Source of the DNA: an uncultured Planctomycetales bacterium
GTDB lineage: Bacteria; Omnitrophota; Gorgyraeia; Gygaellales; Profunditerraquicolaceae
Assembly (NCBI GenBank): GCA_964354795.1
Contig: CAYHBB010000014.1
Span: 17,249-81,248, forward strand
Direction: 5' to 3'
DNA: 64,000 bases
Made by a program: the position numbers and the translations under genes. Under the pieces are notes generated by a model. That model made no database searches. It was not told the DNA's origin and worked only from the letters and a program-made list of their open reading frames with translations. Shown one piece after another: positions 55,745 through 64,000 of the stretch (its first letter is position 1; every line of letters begins with the position of its first letter).

Positions 55745-56152
55745 TCAAACCTCTCCCGGCTGCACTCTGGCCCTAAGAGATTTTTTCTGTGAATGCCGGC
55801 GCTTTGCCTCTAAGATCTTCAGCTTGGCCCGGCGGGATCTCTTACGCTTCTGCCGGCGGATCTTCTCGATACGCTTTCTTTCCGCGGAAAGCCTGCCCAG
55901 GATACTAGATTCGATCTTGCTCAACAAAATCCGCCTGGCCAAAAAGCGGTTCTGCGCCTGCGAGCGTTCCTGCTGACATTTTACCTCTATGCCGGTGGGC
56001 AGATGGTGCAAATACACGCAGGTCGAGACCTTGTTCACGTTCATACCGCCCGGGCCCTGAGAGCGGATAAACTTTTCTTCTATATCCTCTTCCCGCACCC
56101 CGAGCCGCGACATCAGTTCATACAATGACTTTTCTTTATCAATACTAACCAT
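55745..56152 (-). CDS. ArfB/YaeJ-like peptidyl-tRNA hydrolase-domain protein with GGM in place of the catalytic GGQ
   Basis: 135 aa. RSQGPGGMNVNKVSTCVYLHH..., then a basic C-terminal tail, as in ArfB. The Q-to-M change was verified from the DNA (ggc ggt atg aac). Confidence 0.7.
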   Translation of the reverse strand: MVSIDKEKSLYELMSRLGVREEDIEEKFIRSQGPGGMNVNKVSTCVYLHHLPTGIEVKCQQERSQAQNRFLARRILLSKIESSILGRLSAERKRIEKIRRQKRKRSRRAKLKILEAKRRHSQKKSLRARVQPGEV

Positions 56153-56165
56153 CTTAAATGCGTAT

Positions 56166-56636
56166 TTACCTTACTTCCCAATGTGCGGGGACCCATTTTC
56201 CGGAGGCATTACGATGCCCGGAAATCCAGACTCGCGACTTGCTTTCTTTGATTTCTCCACCTTTCCAATGGCTGGGAATCCACTTACCATTTCTCCAATG
56301 TCCAGAGACCCAGGTCTTTCCCTCCACTACCCTTACATTCTTCCAGTATCCGTGAACCCATTTCTCATTCGCGCCCCAGTGAGCAGGTACCCACTCCACT
56401 GCCTCAACAGAAGAGCACTCCACCTGCTTCCAGTGGCCGGATATCCATTTACTATTATTGCTCCAGTGTCCAGGAACCCACTCCCATGGAGAATTGCTGT
56501 CCGGAAGCTCTACCTTTACCCATACTCCATTGACATAGTTCCCTGGCCCATCAGGGACAGAATCAGCGAAAACAGGCACATACAACAGAAACGAAAATAC
56601 AACCAGCAATAGCACCATCTTCACAACTTTTTTCAT
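56166..56636 (-). CDS. Secreted WxxGxW-repeat protein
   Basis: 156 aa. Signal peptide. At least 8 tandem copies of W(V/I)xGHW about every 12 aa. Confidence 0.6.
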   Translation of the reverse strand: MKKVVKMVLLLVVFSFLLYVPVFADSVPDGPGNYVNGVWVKVELPDSNSPWEWVPGHWSNNSKWISGHWKQVECSSVEAVEWVPAHWGANEKWVHGYWKNVRVVEGKTWVSGHWRNGKWIPSHWKGGEIKESKSRVWISGHRNASGKWVPAHWEVR

Positions 56637-56661
56637 CTTACCCTCCTTCTAGAGTTGATCC

Positions 56662-57105
56662 CTAAAACCAAATCCGCCTTTTTAAAATAAGGACAAGGCA
56701 ACCAATCACGATCTGAATCACGGCAAAGATCTTCAGGTGTTTTATAGGCACCTTGGCGAACCACTCAACAAACTTATTATACAGCTTTTTCTTAAATACT
56801 AAGTAAGCCTTGATAGAACCAAAAATAATCACTAACATCAAAACAATAGCCAAAATACCGCTCAATTTCCCAGCCAAGCCAGTCAGGATCCCGACAATGT
56901 AGATCACCGCCAGAAGCAGCATAAACTTAGCAGGCCCAAAACCCATGCCAGTAAGTTTCCTACGCGCCCGCTCCGGCTTCCACAGAAAAAACGCTCCGGT
57001 AATGATCAAAAACCAGGCCAGGATAGTGATAAAAAACACCGTCTTGCCCAGCAAAAAATTGAGTAGCTTTAAAAACAGGCTTTTAACGTACAAAATCACG
57101 GTCAT
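56662..57105 (-). CDS. Integral membrane protein, four TM segments
   Basis: 147 aa, hydrophobic helices; no recognisable family. Confidence 0.35.
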   Translation of the reverse strand: MTVILYVKSLFLKLLNFLLGKTVFFITILAWFLIITGAFFLWKPERARRKLTGMGFGPAKFMLLLAVIYIVGILTGLAGKLSGILAIVLMLVIIFGSIKAYLVFKKKLYNKFVEWFAKVPIKHLKIFAVIQIVIGCLVLILKRRIWF

Positions 57106-57734
57106 GGATATCCCACTGTCTGCGTAAGTATGATTTTCTGCGTAGGCTTAAGGTTCATCTCTGCACCAAGTACCTTCTCATCAAACCACCCCCGCACTAC
57201 TGTGGCCAAGCCAGCAGAAGCGCAGTATAAATACACATTTTCACTGATATATCCTGTGTCTGCTGCCGAATAAAACTCGAACTGATCGCCAGAATCTTTC
57301 GCGCGAAGGGAATCTGCCACGTATATGAGGTTTACCGGAGCCTTCGCCACAAAATCCTGTTTACCTGTTACAGCACGGATATCTTTGGCAATGACCGGCT
57401 CAAGAATGTTTTTAAACGCGTCATACAAATACAACCCTGACTCCATAGCCACATAGATATCTATCTCCTGGCAGTTATGCGCAGTAGGGGAAGTCCTTTG
57501 TTTTGATTCCGGCCTGTTCACTCCCGCTGCTGCCCACAGTAGATCCGAAAGCACCTGTATAGGCAAAGGCTTACCGCTAAATTCCCGGGAAGATTTTCTA
57601 TCCTTCAATGCCTGCATCAAAGGCTTCCCCCCGCTCATATCCGGCTTGGGTAGCTGGATAGTCTTTGCTTCTTGCGCAAATGCCGTTACTGTCAACAGTA
57701 CCGCCGCAATAATAATAGGAATCGTTTTTTTCAT
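57102..57734 (-). CDS. Secreted nitroreductase-fold (SagB-type dehydrogenase-like) protein. The ORF extends to 57791, but the likely start is MKKTIPIII at 57734.
   Basis: Signal peptide. LSDLLWAAAGVNR...nitroreductase-fold motifs. Confidence 0.55.
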   Translation of the reverse strand: MKKTIPIIIAAVLLTVTAFAQEAKTIQLPKPDMSGGKPLMQALKDRKSSREFSGKPLPIQVLSDLLWAAAGVNRPESKQRTSPTAHNCQEIDIYVAMESGLYLYDAFKNILEPVIAKDIRAVTGKQDFVAKAPVNLIYVADSLRAKDSGDQFEFYSAADTGYISENVYLYCASAGLATVVRGWFDEKVLGAEMNLKPTQKIILTQTVGYP

Positions 57735-57750
57735 CACTTTATCTCTCCTC

Positions 57751-60700
57751 CTACTTCCCTTTATGCGATAGGCAAGTATTGATTTTCTCAATGTAGAGAA
57801 GTATTTCTTTTCGGGCTAGCCCATAAATTTTCTGGTCAAGCAGGCTTGTCAAAAACTCACTCATCTCTTTTCTATTCCCATACACCCCCATATCTATGAC
57901 AATATCCCGCTGTGTCTCGGGATCCTGTCCGGGAAACAATCTTTTTAGCATTGAAAAAGCGCTTTCTGTATTCATCTGGATAAGCGATTGAAAATAACTT
58001 CTTTTGATCTCCCGGTCATTGTTTTGAATAGCTTTTTCATAAAGAGGAAGCTGCTGTTCATCTTTTATCCTTTTCATTATATCCAAGGCAAGCAATACCC
58101 TCTTCTGTGCCCCTGAATCAATAAGCATTTCTATGAAAGGCGCGGTTTCGGTTTTAAATTCCTTAAGTATATCCAGCAATTCCAGGTTCTGCAGGTACCA
58201 TTCGAAAAGCAGCGAGCTCGATTGCCTTGTTTCCAATGTCTCAATAAAATAAAGGATCCCTTCCGGCATCATCTTTTTAAAGAGGGAGATGACTAAAGCA
58301 TTCTTGCTGGCATCAAAGGCGACTTCATCAAGAATACTTGCTAGTTGAGCGCATAGAGAAAATATGTCTATGCCTTTCAGGGCTTCTTTAGCCGGTTGCC
58401 TCCTCCAGATAAACCCTCCCGAAGCGTTAAGGTCTTCTTTTAGCGTAGAGATGACCCTATAGATATCCCAATAATTGCTGAGTTCCTGTAAGCGAGAAAT
58501 AATTGCCCCCGCATCCATTGCAAGCGATTCATAAGCTTGCTGATCATTTTCAACATGGAGCGCCTGAAGAAAAAGAGCAGTGATTCTTTTCATGTAAAAA
58601 TCCGCAAGGTGCGCGGGAATGATCTTTATGATCTCCGACAAGGTAACGGCCGTATATATCTTTGCTTCCAGCTCGCTGCTTTGTAAATTCAAAAGATATT
58701 TATCCAAAATCTGCTCTGCAAGAGCGCTTTCATTTATTACAAAAAGTTCATTAAGGGTGGGTTTAAGATTTTCTATGACCCCCATAGCCAGAATGGTCCG
58801 GGGATCAGCGTTCAGGTATGTGTTGGCTCTCTTGATCACAGGATAGCGCAGAAAATCATGGGAATCGATAAGCCACGTAAAGCAGACATCCGACATCCCC
58901 AAATTTATCAGGGCATCTTTCAATTTTACGGCGATTGTTTCTTTTTGTTGGGAATCTTTCAGGCATACCTTGACCATTTCCCTAATATCCAAGATCGCTG
59001 TTATATGGCGGCGGTATTCATCAGTAATTACCTCCACCAGCACGTCCGGCGAGAAATGGGAGATCGATTTGGCAAAAAGATCTGTTTCCGCTTCATCGAA
59101 AACCTTTAATTTTTTGATGACCTTGGTCTCTTCTTTCTCGTCACCAACCTTAGCGCCACCTTCCTTCGGCAGGGGAATAGCCTCTCCGATAGCTCTTTTT
59201 ATCATGAATTCCTTGATGAATTCCTTATGCAGCTGCCTCTTTTCTTCTTCGGAATAGACTTTTTTGTAGAGCACCTCATCGATATTTATGGCGTTGATCT
59301 TATGATCAAGGAGGATCTTTTTCCATTGTTCCTTTTTTTCCATCGATAGTTTGGGATTAGAAAGAAGGCCGATAAATGCCTTGATCTCATCAGCCAAGAC
59401 AGTACGATGAAAAGTAATGCTTCCGATATTAGCCATGCTCATAATGGCAAGGATAGTCTTTGTAAGTATATCTTCCGACTGGAATGACCGATGGAGTTCC
59501 TGCCCGTTTATCAAAAGCTTGATATCTCCGGATGGACAGCTAAAGGTAAGTATATGGTGGGCCGTAAAAAATTCTTTAAAGCATCTGGCCAAACTATAGA
59601 CCATCTTAGTGGTGATCTCATTAGGCATCTGGTACATCTGCATACTTTTTATCGCTGAATTAAAAGAGCTGATGATCTCCATTATCAGCGGCCAGGTCTC
59701 TTTTTTTATCGGCTCATGGCGCTCCTTCTCTTCCCGGTCGTTAATGGCATTTTCGATGACCTTTTCCGCCTCCACGCTTGAAAAAAGGTTTTCGATATAG
59801 ACGACCGCCTGATGGGCATAGTTTTTTGTCTTAGCTTCAAGATTTGCCTTGTTGAAATGGAAGGCTAGCTCCGAGCTTATCTCTTCGGTATTATTCTTGA
59901 ATTCATGCTCAAGGGTGGTAGCGATATCAAGGTGGATCTTTTTTTTCTGCTCGGTATCGATGCTCTCATAAAGAACCGAACGCAGGGAATCGTTATTGAA
60001 GAAAACCTCGTCTTCGGCCTGATTTTCTCCGAGCTTTAGGATATTTTTTTCTGAGACGCGGGAAAGGATATCCTGCAGGTGCCCGTGGTTTATTTTTTTA
60101 AGCTTAGAAAGAAAATCAAACTTAAGGTTACTCCCTATGCCGGAAACAGCCAAAAGCAATTCTTTTTCTTCGGCCCCTAGGTTTTGCAACTTGCTGATAA
60201 GCAGCTCCCTTAAGTCTCTTGGAAGCCGGCCTGTGTCAATTTGGAATACCCAATGAGGATATTGTAGATAAATGTTTTTCCTGTCCCAAAGGTATTGTAT
60301 TAACTCGACAATGAAAAGGGGGCTGCCTTCGGTAGCGCCGAAGAGTTCGCTGGTGAATCTTTCAGGGATATCATGGCCGCTAAAAATTCCCTTTATGACT
60401 TCTCTGGTCTCTGCCTGGTCAAAAAACGGCAGGGTTATGTGGGGCACGATCTCAAACTCCGAGATCTCCGACAGCAGCGAATCAAGAGCTGAATCGCTAT
60501 CGTGCGTTTTTGAAGACGGGTGGCTGGTGCTTCCTAATAGGACAAAAGGAGTCTGTTTTTTAGACAGGATTATGAAACTAAATATTTCTGAGCTTGCGGT
60601 ATCGATCCAATCAAGATTGTCCACGATAATAAGCGGATTTATCTGGGTGAATATGCTTTCGCAAAGGTCCGCAAGCCCGTGGAATAGATTGAGCCTCACC

Positions 60701-61638
60701 TCGGCATCCCAATGGTTCACGTGAAGATGAGGCACAAATAATCTTTTTAATTTCGGCAACGCGGAGAGCGCGGTTTTTAATTTCGGCGAAAGTTCCGATA
60801 CCGCCTTTTGGCATATTTCGACATGCTCGTATGCAAGGCTGCATATGATATCTTCCAACAGGCTGTAAGGTTTTTCTTTCTGCTGTTCGCCGCAGACAAG
60901 AAGGAATGTTTTTAAGTCCTTCACCTTTGCCCGGATGGATATCTCCTGGAGCATGCGGCTTTTGCCGCAGCCCACCACTCCATTTATGATAATAAGCTTA
61001 TAGCTTTTCCCTCCAAAAAGAAACTTCTGGATCTGTGCTAATTCGTTTGCTCGGTCGACAAATGGCGCCTCAGCAATATTCTTTTGGATCCTTTTTTCTT
61101 CCCTGGTCTGGGCAAGGATCTCGTTGGCAAAGGTGAGCTTGTTTTTACCGAGCCTCTTTGATGAATACAGGGCTTCATCGGCTTTTCCTAACAGTTCTTC
61201 CTGGGTTAACCCGTCATGAGGGAATTCCACGATCCCTATACTCATGGTCAGGCTTAGGCTCTGCCTGGAACCAGGGAGGATGAATTCATAATTAGCGACA
61301 TCCTGTCGTATCTTGTCCCATATGACGCCCACATTTTGCCTGTCGCAGTTTTTTAGGATCACCACAAATTCATCGCCGCCGTAGCGGGCAATTACCGCTT
61401 CGGTATTCTGCAATCCGCGCTCCAAAATCACCGCGAATTCCTTAAGCACGAAGTCTCCGCTTAAATGGCCGTAGGTGTCATTAATATCTTTAAAATGGTC
61501 TAAATCGGTAAGGATAAGATAAAAAGGGCTGGCGGCGCTATGGGAAAGCGAGAGTATCTGTCCGATACTCTCGCGAAAACCCCTGCGGTTATAATGCCCG
61601 GTTAATTCGTCAACTAAAATCAAATCTTTGATAATCAT
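57751..61638 (-). CDS. Giant multidomain signalling protein: N-terminal GGDEF diguanylate cyclase, STAND/AAA_16-type P-loop NTPase, and about 900 aa of helical (HEAT/TPR-like) repeats
   Basis: 1295 aa. GGDEF domain with an intact RYGGDEFVVIL and DLDHFKDINDTYGH. Walker A IINGVVGCGKSRMLQEI at about aa 215. The remainder is alpha-helical repeats. Confidence 0.8.
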   Translation of the reverse strand: MIIKDLILVDELTGHYNRRGFRESIGQILSLSHSAASPFYLILTDLDHFKDINDTYGHLSGDFVLKEFAVILERGLQNTEAVIARYGGDEFVVILKNCDRQNVGVIWDKIRQDVANYEFILPGSRQSLSLTMSIGIVEFPHDGLTQEELLGKADEALYSSKRLGKNKLTFANEILAQTREEKRIQKNIAEAPFVDRANELAQIQKFLFGGKSYKLIIINGVVGCGKSRMLQEISIRAKVKDLKTFLLVCGEQQKEKPYSLLEDIICSLAYEHVEICQKAVSELSPKLKTALSALPKLKRLFVPHLHVNHWDAEVRLNLFHGLADLCESIFTQINPLIIVDNLDWIDTASSEIFSFIILSKKQTPFVLLGSTSHPSSKTHDSDSALDSLLSEISEFEIVPHITLPFFDQAETREVIKGIFSGHDIPERFTSELFGATEGSPLFIVELIQYLWDRKNIYLQYPHWVFQIDTGRLPRDLRELLISKLQNLGAEEKELLLAVSGIGSNLKFDFLSKLKKINHGHLQDILSRVSEKNILKLGENQAEDEVFFNNDSLRSVLYESIDTEQKKKIHLDIATTLEHEFKNNTEEISSELAFHFNKANLEAKTKNYAHQAVVYIENLFSSVEAEKVIENAINDREEKERHEPIKKETWPLIMEIISSFNSAIKSMQMYQMPNEITTKMVYSLARCFKEFFTAHHILTFSCPSGDIKLLINGQELHRSFQSEDILTKTILAIMSMANIGSITFHRTVLADEIKAFIGLLSNPKLSMEKKEQWKKILLDHKINAINIDEVLYKKVYSEEEKRQLHKEFIKEFMIKRAIGEAIPLPKEGGAKVGDEKEETKVIKKLKVFDEAETDLFAKSISHFSPDVLVEVITDEYRRHITAILDIREMVKVCLKDSQQKETIAVKLKDALINLGMSDVCFTWLIDSHDFLRYPVIKRANTYLNADPRTILAMGVIENLKPTLNELFVINESALAEQILDKYLLNLQSSELEAKIYTAVTLSEIIKIIPAHLADFYMKRITALFLQALHVENDQQAYESLAMDAGAIISRLQELSNYWDIYRVISTLKEDLNASGGFIWRRQPAKEALKGIDIFSLCAQLASILDEVAFDASKNALVISLFKKMMPEGILYFIETLETRQSSSLLFEWYLQNLELLDILKEFKTETAPFIEMLIDSGAQKRVLLALDIMKRIKDEQQLPLYEKAIQNNDREIKRSYFQSLIQMNTESAFSMLKRLFPGQDPETQRDIVIDMGVYGNRKEMSEFLTSLLDQKIYGLARKEILLYIEKINTCLSHKGK

Positions 61639-61692
61639 ATTTTATTTACGAGTACGAGGATTTTAAGAAGATTCCCAGATCTCCGGCTACCT

Positions 61693-62496
61693 TTAATCAA
61701 CAATTTTAGCGGTCAGAAACATCTCCACTTTCTTATTCTCCCCGCTGGATTTTCCTGACAAAAGCCCCTTCTTGGAGCGCCCCTTCTGGACCTGGGCTCC
61801 CCCTATAGCGACAGTATCTCCGTCATTAAGCATTACCTGAGTTATTATCGACCTCTCAGAAGGAGTGCCGGGTTTTTCCATACTGCTAACCGTTGGCCTT
61901 AAGACCACATTGATCGAGCCGTCATTATTTACGGTGGGCAAAACTTCTAACATACTGCCTATCGGCTCTCTTACGGGTGTTATGATCTCCGTGCCATTGC
62001 TGAATATTACGAATTCGGTACCGATCACCTCGTCAGTAGTGACCTGCAACGCTGCCGGACGATTGCTCAAAGTCCGCACCATCATGCTGGTGCGGGTGCT
62101 GGCCTCTTTGCTTTCCTTGATCAGCTCCACTATCGCCATAAACTTTCCCTGAGGGATGATGACCTGGTTGTAACTGACGCCGATATCCCGCAAGAATTTT
62201 TCGCTAGCCTCTATGACCAGAACTTTGATCTCTACCTGTTTCTCCCGGATATCTATGCCCTTGATCACCTGGGCAATGCGCTCGATATTCTCCGGACAAT
62301 CAAACACGATCAGGCTGTTAGAGTTCTGATCAAAACTTACCTTGCCTTGCTCGCTTTTTAAGCTGTCCGCCACCTCAAACAGGGATTGCGCGCTTCCGTG
62401 CTCGATCTTGAGCACCTTGAGCTCAGGCTCGCAGGCATGACAAAGAATTACCGTAAAAGAAATTACCAATACGATAAAGCTAATTATTCTTCGCAC
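61693..62496 (-). CDS. Minimal secretin-family protein (secretin N-domain plus compact secretin domain)
   Basis: 267 aa. Signal/TM. N-domain (...NSNSLIVFDCPENIERIAQVIKGID). Secretin domain start QVEIKVLVIEASEKFLRDIGVSY; LEVLPTVNNDGSINVVLRPTVSS; ITQVMLNDGDTVAIGG; terminal VEMFLTAKIV. The VPxLGDIPxLG motif is degenerate. Confidence 0.5.
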   Translation of the reverse strand: MRRIISFIVLVISFTVILCHACEPELKVLKIEHGSAQSLFEVADSLKSEQGKVSFDQNSNSLIVFDCPENIERIAQVIKGIDIREKQVEIKVLVIEASEKFLRDIGVSYNQVIIPQGKFMAIVELIKESKEASTRTSMMVRTLSNRPAALQVTTDEVIGTEFVIFSNGTEIITPVREPIGSMLEVLPTVNNDGSINVVLRPTVSSMEKPGTPSERSIITQVMLNDGDTVAIGGAQVQKGRSKKGLLSGKSSGENKKVEMFLTAKIVD

Positions 62497-62505
62497 GCAT
62501 CCCCC

Positions 62506-63261
62506 TCATTCCCCCTTATGGATCTCCACACGATCCCTACCAGCTGCTTTGGCCCGATAAAGCGCGGCGTCTGAAATCCTGATCAGATCTTCTTTAACAA
62601 AATCTTTGCTGTTGCCGTCAAAACACCCAATGCCGATACTTATGGTGACCACGCCCTTACTGGGATTGACCTTCTTTGCGTGACTGAGCAATTTCTCAGC
62701 CAGAACTTTTGCGTTTTCTTTACGCGTATCCGGAAGCAGAATAACAAACTCTTCTCCTCCATAGCGAGCAGCCAGATCGACTTCTCTAGGAACACGCTTG
62801 AATACATCCGCAAGCCCCGTCAAAATCATATCGCCCTCGAGGTGACCAAAAGTATCGTTAAATTTCTTAAAATAATCGATATCTATCATCAAAAGCGAAA
62901 GCGGACTTAAATTCTTTTTAGAACGTTCTATCTCTTCTTCGAGCTTTTGCATAAAATATTTATGGCCAAACAAACCGGTCAGGCCATCGCGGATCGCCTC
63001 ATCCAATAGCGTTTTATAATGCCGCTTATCTTTAAAATAGACAAAATTAACGATTTGACGCTCCAGCGGTTTGCTGAACTTTATGGCGGCATAGAAGAAA
63101 ACAAGGATAGTGATACCGGATACGCAGGAAGCATTATAATAGTCAAGGCGCATTAGGCCTTGATACATCCTAACCAAAAAAATATGTAATGCCAGGATCA
63201 GTCCTACAAATACAAGTGCTATAAGTATAATTTTATCTGTTGCCTTATTCTCTTTTTCCAT
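62506..63261 (-). CDS. Membrane-anchored GGDEF diguanylate cyclase
   Basis: 251 aa. Two N-terminal TM helices. GGDEF domain with RYGGEEFVILL. Confidence 0.85.
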   Translation of the reverse strand: MEKENKATDKIILIALVFVGLILALHIFLVRMYQGLMRLDYYNASCVSGITILVFFYAAIKFSKPLERQIVNFVYFKDKRHYKTLLDEAIRDGLTGLFGHKYFMQKLEEEIERSKKNLSPLSLLMIDIDYFKKFNDTFGHLEGDMILTGLADVFKRVPREVDLAARYGGEEFVILLPDTRKENAKVLAEKLLSHAKKVNPSKGVVTISIGIGCFDGNSKDFVKEDLIRISDAALYRAKAAGRDRVEIHKGE

Positions 63262-63763
63262 TTTTCAATTTCTCCCAATGGATCACTTCTTTCAAGCCTC
63301 TCTTCTGCGCGACATGGAAACTTTCTTTGGACTTAGGGTAGCCTAAAGCAACCAGGCTCACTAATCTATATGCGGCAGGTACATTTAATAATTCAGCTAC
63401 TTCAGCGCAGTATGGTTTCTTGTCTCCGGCAACCCAGCAGGAACCGATGCCTAAGGAAGTCGCGGCAAGCAAGATGTTGCAGGTAGCGGCGCATCCGTCT
63501 TCCAGATAATATTTTGTATCGGCGCAGAATACCGCGATACAGGCTTTTGCCTGGGCCAGGAACCTTGCGTTCTCCGCTAAATCACCTAGTTCTTTTAAGG
63601 TAAGCGCCTGGGTAATTACAATAAACTCCCACGGCTGGACATTCCTAGCGGTGGGGGAAAACCTGGCCGCATCAACAATCTTTTCCAAAACATCTTTTGA
63701 TATCTGCTCGTCTAAATATTGCCTGACACTTCTTCTTGTTTTAAGGATTTCTAAAGGATCCAT
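63245..63763 (-). CDS. Nitroreductase family protein
   Basis: 172 aa. LEILKTRRSVRQY...PTARNVQPWEFIVI nitroreductase signature. Confidence 0.85.
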   Translation of the reverse strand: MDPLEILKTRRSVRQYLDEQISKDVLEKIVDAARFSPTARNVQPWEFIVITQALTLKELGDLAENARFLAQAKACIAVFCADTKYYLEDGCAATCNILLAATSLGIGSCWVAGDKKPYCAEVAELLNVPAAYRLVSLVALGYPKSKESFHVAQKRGLKEVIHWEKLKNGKRE

Positions 63764-63792
63764 CTCATTCGCTCCTTTTCCAGAACGTCCCC

Positions 63793-63999
63793 TTATTCCT
63801 TCAATTTAAATTCGAACGGTTTTGAGAAGACGAGCTCCGGGACGCCGGTCGCCGAATCGATTTTCCCATCCCGCAGATAAAACTTTACCGATATTGCGCG
63901 TTCATCAATATCGACTACCGCGGTATAAAGCGTCCTTAGCGGCAGGGCGTGATACCCCCCTTCAGTCGCTTCGTTGACACAGCCATACACCAGGCTCAT
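63793..63999 (-). CDS. Hypothetical protein. The gene may extend beyond the window end; the candidate start is 1 nt from the edge.
   Basis: 68-aa ORF MSLVYGCVNEATEGGYHALPL...; no recognisable family; truncated by the window boundary. Confidence 0.2.
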   Translation of the reverse strand: MSLVYGCVNEATEGGYHALPLRTLYTAVVDIDERAISVKFYLRDGKIDSATGVPELVFSKPFEFKLKE

Positions 64000-64000
64000 A

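Noticed and set aside
57751-61638. Calling the GGDEF-STAND protein an antiphage Avs-type defence gene
   Set aside because: The architecture is reminiscent of Avs proteins. But there is no nuclease or other typical effector, no neighbouring defence genes, and a c-di-GMP signalling context. It is kept as a signalling STAND protein and mentioned only as a testable possibility.
1-64000. Mobile elements, prophage, integrases, tRNA/rRNA genes, CRISPR arrays
   Set aside because: No transposase- or integrase-like ORFs. No tRNA-like T-arm sequences in any intergenic gap. No regularly spaced direct repeats. The only long non-coding stretch (33943-34565) is accounted for by the promoter, operator and GC-rich element.

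Overview
This 64 kb window is a gene-dense bacterial chromosomal segment with roughly 45-50% GC. All but one gene sits on the minus strand, in long translationally coupled operons. The one plus-strand gene is gpmA. There are no rRNA, tRNA, CRISPR, transposase or integrase signals.

Reading from the high-coordinate end of each operon, the content is:

1. A type IV pilus / T2SS-like assembly operon (pilC partial, pilB, pilQ, pilP-like, pilO, a pilM-pilN fusion) headed by a small excisionase-family HTH gene.
2. An ExbB-ExbD-TonB-like-TPR motor operon that ends in two tiny proteins and a PilX-like minor pseudopilin.
3. uvrA.
4. A GT-C/GT-C/GT2 glycosylation module.
5. A strongly expressed 83-aa basic protein built from two 28-aa repeats.
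6. A 15-gene superoperon: argCJBDFGH-lysA-dapF-dapA-dapB-dapL-folK-panC-nadX. Upstream of it are a sigma70-like promoter, a perfect palindromic operator and an unexplained ~380-nt GC-rich hairpin-rich element.
7. rplM-rpsI.
8. A nine-gene envelope operon. It embeds a complete partner-switching module (RsbW-like kinase, STAS antagonist, CHASE2-PP2C phosphatase) inside an MlaFED lipid-transport operon, together with a FecR-domain protein, an outer-membrane barrel and a K+ channel, and contains no sigma factor. This is the most interesting candidate system.
9. A LemA / DUF3137-like / PIG-L / M48 envelope cluster.
10. rmuC, gpmA, a B12-radical SAM gene, yajQ and a barrel-only short pyruvate kinase.
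11. carB, with an attenuator-like leader.
12. An ArfB-like peptidyl-tRNA hydrolase carrying GGM in place of the universal GGQ.
13. A WxxGxW-repeat secreted protein.
14. A c-di-GMP locus: a 1295-aa GGDEF-STAND ATPase-helical-repeat protein, a minimal secretin, a membrane GGDEF and two nitroreductases.

Recurrent intergenic hairpins with a TTATAGGA loop, and several palindromic candidate regulatory sites, are also reported.
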